A stretch of 43,516 nt of DNA from positions 1-43,516 of the forward strand of contig CAWANJ010000004.1 in assembly GCA_963783385.1 (NCBI GenBank). The letters are read 5' to 3'. This DNA is from an uncultured Gemmatimonadales bacterium. Lineage in GTDB: Bacteria; Gemmatimonadota; Gemmatimonadetes; Palauibacterales; Palauibacteraceae. This document shows, piece after piece, positions 19,422 to 30,484 of the stretch. The position numbers were made by a program, and so were the translations under genes. Each line of letters starts with the position of its first letter. Within the stretch, counting starts at the first letter, position 1. A model generated the notes under the pieces. It searched no databases and was not told where the DNA came from. It saw nothing but the letters and a program-made list of their open reading frames with translations.

Positions 19422-19694
19422 ATGAGCCCGCAGGCGGCGTGTCCCCACATCGACGAGATCACCGAGGTCCTGCGCCCCGAGCGCCGCGTGTGCGAGGAGT
19501 GCGTGAAGACGGGGGACCGGTGGGTGCACCTGCGCACGTGCCAGACGTGCGGCCGCACGCTGTGCTGCGACGATTCCCCCAACCGCCACGCCACGGCCCA
19601 CGCCCGCTCCTCGGGCCACCCGGTCATCGCCTCGGCCGAGCCGGGGGAGCGGTGGCTGTACTGCTATCCCGACGACGCGTTCGCCGAGTATTGA
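19422..19694 (+). CDS. UBP-type zinc finger protein
   Basis: CPH...CEEC...WVHLRTCQTCG...CCDDSPNRHATAH...HP...EPGERW.YCY. AGGAGG RBS. Confidence 0.92.
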   Translation: MSPQAACPHIDEITEVLRPERRVCEECVKTGDRWVHLRTCQTCGRTLCCDDSPNRHATAHARSSGHPVIASAEPGERWLYCYPDDAFAEY

Positions 19695-19707
19695 GAAGGA
19701 GCGGCCA

Positions 19708-20644
19708 ATGACGCGCCCGACGTCGCACGCCGTGGAGCCCTGGCCCGACCTGCCCCTCGCGGCGTGGCGGGACAGCTGCGCGACGCTCCACATGTGGACG
19801 CAAGTCGTGGGCAAGATCCGGCTGGCTACCGCTCCGCACGTCAACCACTGGTGGCAGGTCCCGCTGTACGTCACGCCCCGAGGTCTCACGACCTCGATCA
19901 TGCACCACGGCAAGACCCCCTTCCGGATCGACTTCGACTTCCAGGATCACCTCCTGCGGCTGGAAACGAGCGCGGGGGCGAGCGAGTCCTTCCCGCTCGG
20001 CGCCTACTCGGTGGCGGAGTTCTACGACCGCGTCGTGGCCAGCCTGGCGCGCCTCGGCCTGGACGTTCGGATCTGGCCGCACCCCGTGGAGGTCGTCGAG
20101 GCCATCCCGTTCGAGGAGGACACGGCGCACGCGGCCTACGACCCGGAGTCCGCGCGGCGCTTCTGGCGGGTCCTCCAGCACGCCGACCGGGCGCTGCACG
20201 AGCACCGGAGCCGCTTCCTCGGGAAGGCGAGCCCGGTGCACTTCTTCTGGGGGAGCTTCGACCTGGCGCTGACGTTCTTCTCCGGGCGGACGGCGCCGCC
20301 GCATCCGGGCGGGGTTCCCCAACCTGCCCGACCGGGTGGCCCGCGAGGCGTACTCGCACGAGTGCTCGAGCGCCGGATTCTGGCCGGGGAACGGCGCCCC
20401 GGCCATCGACGCGCCGGCCTTCTACGCCTACGCCTACCCGGAGCCGGACGGCTACCGGGACGTCGCCGTCGGTCCGTCGGACGCGATCTACAGCCCGGAC
20501 ATGGGGGAGTATGTCCTTCCTCTACGAGGCGGTGCGGCGGGCGCGGGACCCGGAGGGGATGCTGCGGGAGTTCTTCTCGAGCACCTACGAGGCCGCCGCC
20601 GACCGGGGAGGCTGGGACCGCGCGGCGCTGGAGCGCGCGGCTAG
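19708..20644 (+). CDS. DUF5996 family protein (frameshifts near 20320 and 20517)
   Basis: 'TLHMWTQVVGKIRL', 'NHWWQVPLYVTPRGLTT', 'SPVHFFWGSFDLA', 'EAYSHECSSAGFWPG' and 'WDRAALER'. The 3' end is approximate. Confidence 0.88.
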
Positions 20645-21607
20645 GGCTCGCGCCAGGGCCAGGCCGAAGCGATCCTCCTCGTCCGTCTCCCAGCGCTCCA
20701 CCGTGAATCCGCCATCCTCGAGCAGCGCGGTCGCCGAGGCGCGCGTGTACTTGTGGCTGAGCTCGGTGCGGATCGACTCCCCCTCCTCGAACGCCAGCTC
20801 CAGCTCCAGCGAGGGCAGGTGGACGGTCTGGGGGCGGTCCGAGACCAGGTGCATCTCGACCCGGACCTCCTCCTCGTTCCAGGTGGCCCGGTGCCGGAAG
20901 GCGTCCGGGTCGAAGTCGGCGCCCAGCCGGTCGTTCAACACGCGCAGGGCGTTGCGGTTGAAGTCCGCCGTGACGCCGCGCGCGTCGTCGTACGCGGCCA
21001 CCAGCTCCCGGCGGTCCTTCACCAGGTCGAAGCCGACCAGGAAGGCGTCGGACGCCGACAGCAGGCCGCGGACGCGGGCCCCGAACGCCCGGGCCTCGTC
21101 GGGCCGGAAGTTTCCGATCGTGCTCCCCAGGAAGAGGACGAGGCGCGGAGCGCCGGCGAAGGGCAGGTCGAGGTCCTCGTGGAAGTCGGCCACCATCCCG
21201 ACAATGTCGAGGTCGGGATAGCGTCCGGACAGCCGCACCACCGCCCGCTCGATCGCGTCCCGGCTCACGTCGATGGCCGCGTAGGCCTCCAGGCTTCCCT
21301 CTCTCCGGCCGGCGTCGAGGAGGATCTCCGTCTTGCCGGAGCTCCCGGAGCCGAACTCCACCAGGGAGGCCGGCCGGACGTCCTCGACCAGCGACGGTGC
21401 CGTTCGGAGCAGGATCGAGCGCTCGGCCCGGGTCAGGTAGTACTCGGGGAGGCGGGTGATCTCCTCGAACAGCTTCGAGCCCCGCGCGTCGTAGAAGTAC
21501 TTGGGCGGCAGGGTCCTGGGTCGGCGCATCAGGCCCTCCCGCACGTCGGCCACCAGGGCGCGGCGCAGGTCGGCCGGCTCGATGAAGGTCCGGATCTCAA
21601 TGCTGAT
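20585..21607 (-). CDS. egtD: L-histidine N-alpha-methyltransferase EgtD
   Basis: 'LPPKYFYDARGSKLFEEITRLPEYYLTRAE', 'EFGSGS', 'FLGSTIGNF', 'AYDDARGVTADFN' and 'IRTELSHKY'. The GGAGG RBS points to an ATC codon at 21607, so the start is uncertain. Confidence 0.95.
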   Translation of the reverse strand: MSIEIRTFIEPADLRRALVADVREGLMRRPRTLPPKYFYDARGSKLFEEITRLPEYYLTRAERSILLRTAPSLVEDVRPASLVEFGSGSSGKTEILLDAGRREGSLEAYAAIDVSRDAIERAVVRLSGRYPDLDIVGMVADFHEDLDLPFAGAPRLVLFLGSTIGNFRPDEARAFGARVRGLLSASDAFLVGFDLVKDRRELVAAYDDARGVTADFNRNALRVLNDRLGADFDPDAFRHRATWNEEEVRVEMHLVSDRPQTVHLPSLELELAFEEGESIRTELSHKYTRASATALLEDGGFTVERWETDEEDRFGLALARALAARSSAARSQPPRSAAAS

Positions 21608-21766
21608 GCTCGTCCTCCGATCCTCGAGGCCGGTCCCGGGCGGCGGAACGCTCCCGGGACCGCCGCGGGCTCTCGGCACGTGGAATGCACGCCATCGATC
21701 GGGACAACGTACGGCGGAGCGCGACGGCCGCCACGCACCGTGCAACGATCGAGCCCGGGAGGACGC

Positions 21767-22277
21767 ATGTTCGCAGAGTCTGCTCGAGGAAGCTCTCGAC
21801 GCCTGGACGGACGCTCGGGAGGGGGTGATCGCCGAGCTGGAGAACATCCCCGGCGATCGCTACGATTTCCGTCCGGCCGAAGAGGTACGCAGCGTGGCCG
21901 AGCTCGCCTGCCACATCATGGAGGTGTCCGAGCTCATGGTGGGTGAGCTGACCCGGGAGGACACGGATTTCCACCGGGCGTCCTTCCCGGAGCTCCTGCG
22001 AGAGCACGCCCGTGACGTCCAGGGGCTGACGGAGAAGGAGGAGATCCTCGAGACCATGGAGCGCACCCTCGAGCGCGGCCGAGCCCGCTTCCGAGAGGTG
22101 GGCGAGCTCCACATGCTCCAGCTCATCGAGCGCTTCGACGGGGAGCTCGGCACGCGCATGGCCTGGATGCACCACGGGATCGCGCAGGAGATGTATCACC
22201 GGGGCCAGCTGTGCACGTACGAGCGGCTCATGGGGCTCGTGCCCGTTCTGACGAAGCGGATCCGCGGCGAAGACTGA
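21767..22277 (+). CDS. DinB family protein (one extra base just after the ATG)
   Basis: 'YDFRPAEEVRSVAELACHI' and 'QEMYHRGQL..Y.RLMG.VP'. GGAGG RBS before the ATG at 21767. Confidence 0.85.
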
Positions 22278-22290
22278 CACGGGAGGAACG

Positions 22291-23651
22291 GTGGCGACTC
22301 GAGCGAGGGCCGGGAGCGAGCCGACCCATGGAGCGTCGGCGCAGGCGGCGGCCACCGACGGCCCGGCCGCCGTCGCGGACGGCCTGTCGGGGCGGTACCG
22401 CCGGGTCCGGGCGTTCACGGAGGCGCTGTGCGAGCCGCTGGCGACCGAGGACTACGTCGTCCAGACGATGGAGGACGTCAGCCCCACCAAGTGGCACCTG
22501 GCGCACGTGAGCTGGTTCTTCGAGACCTTCCTTCTGCGTGAGAACCTGCCCGACTACGAGCCGATCGACGAGACGTACGCCTACCTGTTCAACTCCTACT
22601 ACGTGCAGGCGGGCGAGCGGCACTGCCGCGACCGGCGCGGGTGGATCTCGCGGCCCACGGTCGAGGAGGTGTACCGCTACCGCCGGCACGTGGACGAGCA
22701 CATGCAGCGGCTCCTCGAGCGGGCTGCCGCGGACGAGGACCTCGCGGGCCACGATCGAGCCCGTGGTCACGATCGGGATCCACCACGAGCAGCAGCACCA
22801 GGAGCTGCTCCTCACCGACATCAAGCACGTGTTCTCGGTGAACCCGCTGCGGCCCGCCTACCGGGCCGAGCCGCTCGAGAGCGGCAGCCGCACCCCGGAG
22901 CTCGCCTGGCGCGCGTTCGAGGGGGGGCTGGTGCGGATCGGGCACGAGGGCGAGGGCTTCGCCTACGACAACGAGGGCCCGCGCCACCGCGCTTTCCTGG
23001 AGCCGTTCCTCCTGGCCGACCGGCTGGTGACCAACGGCGAGTTCCTGGCGTTCATGGAGGACGGCGGCTACCGGACGCCCGAGCTGTGGCTGTCGGACGG
23101 CTGGGCCGCCGCCCGGGAGAAGGACTGGACCGAGCCCTTCTACTGGGAGGAGCGGGGCGGCGAGTGGTGGCAGTTCACCCTGTCCGGCATGCGCCCGGTC
23201 GATCCGCACGAGCCCGTCTGCCACCTGAGCTACTACGAGGCCGAGGCCTACGCGCGCTGGGCCGGGGCGCGCCTTCCCACCGAGGAGGAGTGGGAGGTGG
23301 CGGCGAGCGCCCGGCCGATCGCGGGGGAACCTGGTCGAGTCCGGACGCCTGCACCCGGCCCCGGTCTGCGCGGAGGCGTCGCCCCCCGACCCGTCCTCCG
23401 GTCCCCCCCTCCGCCAGCTGTGGGGCGACGTGTGGGAGTGGACGCGCAGCCCCTACTCGCCCTACCCGGGTTACGAGGCGCCGCCGGGAGCCCTGGGCGA
23501 GTACAACGGGAAGTTCATGAGCAACAAGTTCGTGCTGCGGGGCGGCTCCTGCGCCACCTCGGCCACGCACATCCGGGCCACCTACCGGAACTTCTTCCCG
23601 CCCGACGCCACGTGGCAGTTCACGGGGCTCCGGCTGGCGAGGGACCCGTAG
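22291..23651 (+). CDS. egtB: ergothioneine sulfoxide synthase EgtB (two frameshifts, near 22748 and 23326)
   Basis: '[15 protein letters not shown]', 'FNSYY', iron motif 'HEQQHQE' and an FGE-like domain ('RLPTEEEWE', 'GDVWEWT', '[13 protein letters not shown]'). Confidence 0.93.
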
Positions 23652-24373
23652 CCGGGGAGCCCGTCGTAGCGTTCCGCGAGGTGGCGCTCCGCCGGGGCGG
23701 ACGCGCCGTCCTCGACGGCCTCTCCTTCGAGGTCGCCCCCGCGGAGACCTTCGTCCTGGTCGGGCGGAGCGGGGCGGGGAAGTCGAGTGTCCTCCGCCTC
23801 GCCAACCGCCTCCTGGAGCCCGACGCCGGCGAGGTGCGCGTGAGCGGACGCGACGCGGCCGACTGGGACCCGATCCGGCTCCGCCGCAGCACCGGCTACG
23901 TCCTGCAGGGCATCGGGCTCTTCCCCCACTACACGGTGGCTCGCAACGTGGGCCTGGTGCCCCGGCTGCTGGGCTGGGAGGAGGCCCGGGTCGAGGCGCG
24001 GGTGCGGGAGCTCCTGGACGTGGTCGGCCTCCCGTTCGCGGAGTTCGGGGAGCGCTTCCCGGCCTCCCTGTCGGGGGGCCAGCGCCAGCGGGTGGGCGTG
24101 GCGCGCGCGCTGGCCGCCGACCCGCCGCTCCTCCTGTGCGACGAGCCGTTCGGGGCCCTGGACCCGATCACGCGCCGGGAGCTCCAGGACGAGTTCCGCG
24201 CCCTGAGCCGCCGGCTGGGGAAGGCGCTCCTGTTCGTGACCCACGACGTGCGGGAGGCCCTGGCGCTCGGCGACCGGATCGGGCTCCTCGAGGGCGGACG
24301 GCTGGCGTTCGAGGGCTCCCCCGACGCCTTCCGGGCCAGCGACCACCCGCTCGTCCGCGCCTTCCTGGGGTGA
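23648..24373 (+). CDS. ABC transporter ATP-binding subunit, osmoprotectant/quaternary-amine (OpuA/EgtU-type) family
   Basis: Walker [24 protein letters not shown], '[13 protein letters not shown]' and FVTHD. The start is approximate. Confidence 0.92.
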   Translation, partial: VAGEPVVAFREVALRRGGRAVLDGLSFEVAPAETFVLVGRSGAGKSSVLRLANRLLEPDAGEVRVSGRDAADWDPIRLRRSTGYVLQGIGLFPHYTVARNVGLVPRLLGWEEARVEARVRELLDVVGLPFAEFGERFPASLSGGQRQRVGVARALAADPPLLLCDEPFGALDPITRRELQDEFRALSRRLGKALLFVTHDVREALALGDRIGLLEGGRLAFEGSPDAFRASDHPLVRAFLG

Positions 24374-24423
24374 GGGGGAGAGCGGCGTGACCGGGGAGAG
24401 ATCGGCGTGATCGGAGAGCTCCC

Positions 24424-25068
24424 GTGAGTTTCCTCGCCTACCTGGCCGCGCACCGGGGCGAGCTCTTCCAGCGGCTCGCCGAGCACATCGTCCTGGTCGG
24501 GAGCTCGGTGGGCCTCGGCGTCCTGGTCGGGGTGCCGATCGGGATCCACCTGACCCGGCACCGCCGCTTCCGCGGCGCCATCCTGGGCGTGGTGAACGTG
24601 ATCCAGACGATCCCCAGCCTGGCGCTGTTCGGCTTCCTCATCCCGATCCCGTTCATCGGGGGCATCGGCACCCGGACCGCCATCGTGGCCCTGTTCGGCT
24701 ACTCGCTCCTCCCGATCATCCGGAACACCTACGAGGGGATCCAGGGCATCGACCCCTCGGTCCGGGACGCGGCCCGCGCCATGGGGCTCACCGACCGGGA
24801 GCTCCTGCGCCAGGTCGAGCTGCCCCTGGCACTCGGCGTCATCCTGGGGGGCGTGCGGCTGGCGGCGGTGATCGGCATCGGGATCGCCACCATCGCCGCG
24901 GCCATCGGGGCGGGCGGGCTGGGCGTGTTCATCTTCCGGGGCCTGTCCATGGTGGACGACCGGGTGATAATGGCCGGGGCCCTCCCGGCGGCGCTCCTGG
25001 CGCTGGCCGTGGACTGGGGGCTCGGCCGGCTCGAGCGGCGGTTGTCCCGCTGGCGTGAGGCGGCGTGA
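24424..25068 (+). CDS. ABC transporter permease, OpuB/EgtU-type
   Basis: 'IQTIPSLALFG', 'YSLLPIIRNTY', EAA loop 'DAARAMG' and 'IGAGGLG'. Confidence 0.93.
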   Translation: MSFLAYLAAHRGELFQRLAEHIVLVGSSVGLGVLVGVPIGIHLTRHRRFRGAILGVVNVIQTIPSLALFGFLIPIPFIGGIGTRTAIVALFGYSLLPIIRNTYEGIQGIDPSVRDAARAMGLTDRELLRQVELPLALGVILGGVRLAAVIGIGIATIAAAIGAGGLGVFIFRGLSMVDDRVIMAGALPAALLALAVDWGLGRLERRLSRWREAA

Positions 25069-25144
25069 GGTGGCTGGAGGTGGCGCGAGGCCGCCCGAGA
25101 GCGCACCAGGCGGCGACAGGCCGCCCGGGACGATTGGAGGCCGC

Positions 25145-26040
25145 GTGAGGAGCCGGCGCTCCGTCTTGGCCGCCGCGGCCCTCCTCGCCGCGCTCGGGGC
25201 CACCGGGTGTGGCGGCGGAGGGCCCGCCCCGGTGGTCGTCGGCGGCAAGAACTTCACCGAGCAGGACCTCCTGGGGGAGATCGTCGCGACCTGGATCGAG
25301 CGCACCACCGACATCCCGGTCGAGCGCAAGCTCCACCTGGGCGGGACGTTCGTGTGCCACAAGGGGCTCGTGAGCGGCGACCTGGACGTGTACGTCGAGT
25401 ACACGGGCACGGCGCTCACGGCGATCCTCGGCCGGGTCCCGGTCCACGACGCCGACTCGGTCTACCGGGCCGTGCAGTCGGCGTACGAGTCACGCTGGAA
25501 GCTGAAGTGGGAGAGGCCGCTCGGCTTCGACGACACGTTCGTGATCCTCGTCCGGCGGTCCACCGCCGATTCCCTGGGCCTCCACAGCATCTCGGACCTG
25601 GTGCGGTACGAGGACCGCCTCGTCCCGGGCTTCGGCTACGAGTTCACCCAGCGGGAGGACGGGCTGCCCGGGCTGTCCAGGAGCTACGACCTCCACTTCG
25701 CCCACACGCCCAAGGCCATGGAGCTGGGGCTCATCTACCGGGCTCTGGCCGGCGGCCAGATCGACGTCACGGCCGGCAACGCCACGGACGGCCAGATCGC
25801 CGCCCTCGACCTGGTCCGACTCCGGGACGACCGGGGCTACTTTCCCCCCTACGAGGCCGTCCCCGTCGTGCGGGAGGAGGCCCTCGAGCGGAACCCCGGC
25901 CTGGAGGCGGCGCTCCGTCGGCTCGGCGGACGGATCTCCACGGCCGACATGCGCCGCATGAACCGCCTGGTCGACGTGGATGGCCGGGACTACCGCCAGG
26001 TGGCGCGCGACTGGGTCCGGGAGCACCTGAAGGGTTGGCC
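25145..26040 (+). CDS. lipoprotein substrate-binding protein, OpuAC/EgtU-type (no stop codon seen; frame runs into the next gene)
   Basis: Lipobox 'LGATG-C', 'GGKNFTEQ', 'YVEYTGT', 'EFTQREDG' and 'FPPYEA'. The end is approximate. Confidence 0.9.
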
Positions 26041-26155
26041 GTCCCCGCCGCGGTCGCGGGCTTTCACCGTCCGGCCGTCGTCTCCGCTCTGTCGCCCGGG
26101 CCCCCGCCGCGCGTATCCTCCGGGCCGTCACATTCCACATGGGGGGATCGTCGCC

Positions 26156-29100
26156 ATGACAGAGCGCGGGACGCTGTACCGCCGGGTGGGGCTCCTGGGA
26201 CTCGCCGCCGCGAGTCTCGCGAGCCTCGGGGCCGCTCCACTCGCCGGCGAGCGCCCGCCCGGACACGCCGGGCGCCCGCCCGCCTCCATCGCGAGCTGGT
26301 CGGCCCGCGCCCCGGCCACGTCGTGGCCCCGCGCCCGCAGCCATGTCGCGGCCCGTGCCCTCGCCGCCCCCGATTCGGTCCCGCCCGACCTCCTCTCCGG
26401 CCTGGTGTGGCGGAACATCGGGCCGCTCCGGGCGGGGCGCGTGGCCGCGGTGAGCGGGGCGATCGGCGAGCCGGGCGTGTTCTACGCCGGCATGCCGGCC
26501 GGGGGCGTATGGAAGACCGACAACGCCGGGGTGACCTGGCGGCCCATCTTCGACTCGGTCCAGTCGGTCTCCTCGGTGGGGGCGGTCGCGGTCGCGCCCT
26601 CTGACGCGAACGTCGTTTACGTGGGCACCGGCGACATCATCACGGGCGGCAACATCGACGAGGGCGATGGCGTCTACAGGTCGACCGACGCCGGCCGCAC
26701 CTGGCGGCAAATCGGGCTCGACCGCACCAAGCAGATCCCTTCCATCGTGGTCGATCCGTCCGACCCGAACCTGGTGCTGGTCGGCGCGCAGGGGGACATC
26801 CACCACGCGAGCGACGCGCGCGGCGTGTTCCGGAGCGCGGACGGCGGCCGGACGTGGACGAAGACGCTGTTCGTGAACGACTCGACGGGGATCGAGAAGC
26901 TGGCCCGGGCCTACGACGCGCCGAAGGTCGTGTTCGCGATGACCGTCCGGCACTACCGGGCGCCGGGCGCTGCCGCGCGGGAAGTTCTACTTCGGCGCGG
27001 AGACCGGGACGCGGCTGTACAAGTCGACCGACGAGGGCGCGACCTGGCGCCGGGTCACCGGCGGCGGGCTGCCGAAGCTGGAGGGCCGCATGTCCGTGGC
27101 GGTGGCCATGCACACGAACGCGCAGCGCGTGTTCGTGATCGGCGACTCGGGCCTGTACCGCTCGGACGACGGCGGATCCGACCTGGCGCCGCATGGACCC
27201 CGGCCGACCCGCGCATCCGGACGGGGCAGGGCGGCTACAACTGCGGCGTGTACGTGAGCCCCTCGAACCCCGACGTCGTCTACACGGTCAACACCTCGAG
27301 CTACGTGTCCACCGACGGCGGGAACACGTTCACGGGTTTCCGGGGCGCGCCGGGCGGCGACGACCCGCAGCAGATGTGGATCGACCCCACCGACGGCCAG
27401 CGCATGTTCCTGGGCATGGACCAGGGCGCCACCGTGAGCCTGGACGGCGGCCGCACCTGGAGCCCGTGGTACAACCAGTCCACCGAGCAGGTCTACCACG
27501 TCTCGACCGACAACTCGTGGCCGTACTGGGTGTACGCCCCGCAGCAGGACGCCGGCGCCATCCGGGTCCGGAGCCGCGGCAACTACGGCGAGATCACGCC
27601 CCTGGACTGGAGCCCGGTGGGCGGGTGGGAGTGGGGCACGGTGATCGCAGACCCGCTCGACCCGAACGATCGTGTACAGCAGCAACGGCGGGGCGCCGTC
27701 CTACGCCAGCATCACCCGCATCACCTGGCCCAGCGAGCAGACCGTCAACGTGAGCCCGCAGGTGGACCCGGAGGCCGACCTCCGCTCCACCTCCACCAAC
27801 CCGATCGTGTTCGCGCCCTGGAACCCGCACGAGCTCCTGGCCGGCTTCCAGGTCCTGATGGCGACGACCGACGGCGGCGCGCACTGGCGGCGGCTGAGCC
27901 CGGACCTGGGCGTGCCGGCCGGCGCGAAGCCGCCGGCCGAGGGAGCGGAGGCGGGTCGGGCCGGCCCGGGCGCTCGGGAAGGCGCGATCGAGTCCATCTC
28001 CCCCTCCACGGTCGAGGAGGGGCTCATGTGGGTCGGGACGAGCAACGGGCTCGTGAAGCTGACGCGCGACGGGGGGAAGAGCTGGGAGGACGTGTCGATC
28101 CCGGACCTGCCCGACTCGACCTTTTCCGACATCTCGGCCATCGACGCCTCCCACCAGGACCCAGCCGAGGCCTACGTGGCCGTCGACGCGCACGGTCTCG
28201 GCGACTACGCGCCCTACCTGTACCGGACGCGGGACTACGGGAAGACGTGGACGAAGATCGTGGACGGGCTGCCCACGGGCCTCCCGAGCGGCAGCTTCGC
28301 CCGGGTGATCCGCGCCGACACGAAGAAGCGGGGGCTCCTGTTCGCGGGGACCGAGAGCTCCATGTACGTGTCCTTCGACGACGGCGACCACTGGCAGTCG
28401 CTACGGCTGAACCTGCCCGACGACCTCGTTCCGCGACGCGACCATCCACGGGAACGACCTGGTCGTGGGCACGTACGGGCGCGGCATCTGGATCCTGGAC
28501 GACCTCTCGCCGCTCCGGCAGATGACGGCCTCCCTGGCCTCGGAGCCCGCGCACCTGTTCGCGCCGGGCGACGCGGTGCGGGTGCGGCGGAACGTGAACC
28601 GGGACACGCCGTTCCACCCCGAGGTCCCGCACTCCCTGAACCCGCCCCCGGGCGCCCTGATCTACTACTCCCTGAGACAGGCGCCGCAGGGCACCGTGAC
28701 CCTGGACGTCCTGGACGCGGACGGGCACGTGGTCCGCCACATGTCGAGCGCCCCGGTGAAGCCGGGACCCGAGTACCGGTATCCGCCCGAGCCGAACCAT
28801 TGGCTCCAGTGGCCGGCGCCCCTGCCGACCAACGTGGGACTGAACCGGGTGAACTGGGACGTCCGCTACGACGATCCGCCGGTTTTCGAGCACTCCTTCG
28901 ACATCAACGCGAACCCGGGCCTCACGCCCTCCTCGCCCCAGGGGCCGCTGGCCCTGCCGGGGACCTACACGGTCCGCCTCACGGTGGGCGGGCGCAGCTA
29001 CACGCAGCCGGTGAAGGTGACCAACGACCCGCGCTCGCCGGCGAGCGCGGCGGACCTCGAGGCGCAGCACGCCCTCGAGATGCAGAGTCTACGCCGGGAT

Positions 29101-29566
29101 ACGGGAGGCGTGGCACGGCCACGCGCAGGCGGCGGCCATGGACTCGGCCGTCGTTCGCGCGGCGGGGCAGGGCGCGCCCACCGCCGTCGCCCGGGCCGCG
29201 AAGGCGTTCGAGGCGCGGCTCGACTCGGTGGCCGGGCGTGCGCCACAGCCGGGTGGCTCCGGAGGGCCCTCCGGCCGCTCCGGCCCGCCGCCCCCCGACT
29301 TCGTGCGGGAGAACGGCGCCCTGGTCCAGCAGCTCGAGCGCCTGGAGACCGGCGACCTCGCGCCCACCGAGGCCATGTTGGGCGCGTACGCCCACGAGTG
29401 CGGGCGCCTGGCGGGCGTCGTGACCCGCTGGCGGACGCTCAACGGGGCGCCGCTCGAGGCGCTGAACGAGGCGCTGCGCGGCGCTCACCGGCCTCCGGTC
29501 GAGGTGGCCTCGCCGCTCCCGGCGGTGCTGGAGTGTGGCGTCGCGGGCGGAGGGGCGGAGGACTGA
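26156..29566 (+). CDS. secreted Vps10/BNR repeat protein (paralog 3, multiple frameshifts)
   Basis: Signal peptide from the ATG at 26156, 'WRNIGPLRAGRV', Asp-boxes, 'GTYGRGIWILDD' and 'LPGTYTVRL'. The pieces lie in ORFs 25055, 27672, 28465 and 29138. Confidence 0.85.
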
Positions 29567-29599
29567 CGGACCCCCCCGGCCCTCCCTCGCCGGCCGTCT

Positions 29600-29848
29600 T
29601 CAGTCCGAGTCTTCCACCTCGTCCAGGAGCCGCACGATGCGCTCCTTGAGTCCCTGCGCCCGCGCCGCCGGCAGGCCCCGCTCGCGAATGCGGTCCAGGA
29701 AGGCGCGCTCCACCTCGAAGCGGGGCCAGCAACGGCGACACACCTCGACGTGGCGCCGCACCTTCTCCGTCCACTCCGGGCTCAGCTCGCCGTCCAGGTA
29801 CTCGTACACCCTGGCCAGGGCCTCCTGGCAGGTGATCATGTCTTCCAT
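29600..29848 (-). CDS. zinc-binding anti-sigma factor (zf-HC2, RsrA/RshA-like)
   Basis: 'TCQEALARVYEYLDGEL...HVEVCRRC' (C...HxxxCxxC). Lies downstream of an ECF sigma gene. Confidence 0.9.
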   Translation of the reverse strand: MEDMITCQEALARVYEYLDGELSPEWTEKVRRHVEVCRRCWPRFEVERAFLDRIRERGLPAARAQGLKERIVRLLDEVEDSD

Positions 29849-29889
29849 CGAGTCTCCGCTGGTGCGGTTCGGCCCGGACGTACCGGCCG

Positions 29890-30450
29890 TCACGAGACGA
29901 TGCCCGCGTCGCGCGCGTAGTCGTACAGCTCCCTCTGCAGCTGCCGCCGGGCCCGGAACAGCCTCGACTTGACCGTCCCGACCGGGACGCTCAGGCTCTC
30001 GGCGATCTCCCGGTACTTGAGGCCCTGGAGGTCGGAGAGGATGAGCGGGAGCCGGTACTCGTCCGGGAGCGCGTCGATCGCCGCCACGATGCGCGCGTCG
30101 ACGATGCGCTCGAAGAAGCGCGCCTCGGGATCGTCCGGCGACCGCTCCTCGAACACGCTCCACTCGGCGAACTCGTCGTAGTCGACGGGGGTCGGCCGCT
30201 GGCGACGGGAACGATAGTCGTTGATGAACGTCGTCCGGAGGATGGTCATGAGCCACGCCCGGCAGTTGGTGCCGACTTCGTACTGGCTCCAGCGCTGATA
30301 GGCCCTGAGGCACGTGGTCTGTACGAGGTCCTCGGCCCGCGGCTCGTCGCCCGCCGTCAGGCGGAGGGCGAGCCCGTACAGGTCGTCCAGGTGCGCGAGA
30401 GCCTCCGCCTCGAACTGGGCTGTCTTCCGATCCCTGTCGACATCCGTCAT
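29890..30450 (-). CDS. ECF sigma-70 factor, SigR/SigH-like (sigma 1)
   Basis: 'AEDLVQ', 'GTNCRAWLMTIL..FINDYR' and 'YREIAE...PVGTVKSRLFRAR'. Confidence 0.92.
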   Translation of the reverse strand: MTDVDRDRKTAQFEAEALAHLDDLYGLALRLTAGDEPRAEDLVQTTCLRAYQRWSQYEVGTNCRAWLMTILRTTFINDYRSRRQRPTPVDYDEFAEWSVFEERSPDDPEARFFERIVDARIVAAIDALPDEYRLPLILSDLQGLKYREIAESLSVPVGTVKSRLFRARRQLQRELYDYARDAGIVS

Positions 30451-30484
30451 CCCGGCCCGGCCTCCCGTCGGCGGCTTCGCCAGG

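Noticed and set aside
20585-23651. Selenoneine or ovothiol cluster
   Set aside because: No SenB glycosyltransferase or SelD/SenC, and no OvoA C-terminal methyltransferase domain.
22538-24373. EgtB-ABC ATPase fusion
   Set aside because: Frameshift artefact. The EgtB C-terminus and stop are in the frame ending at 23651.
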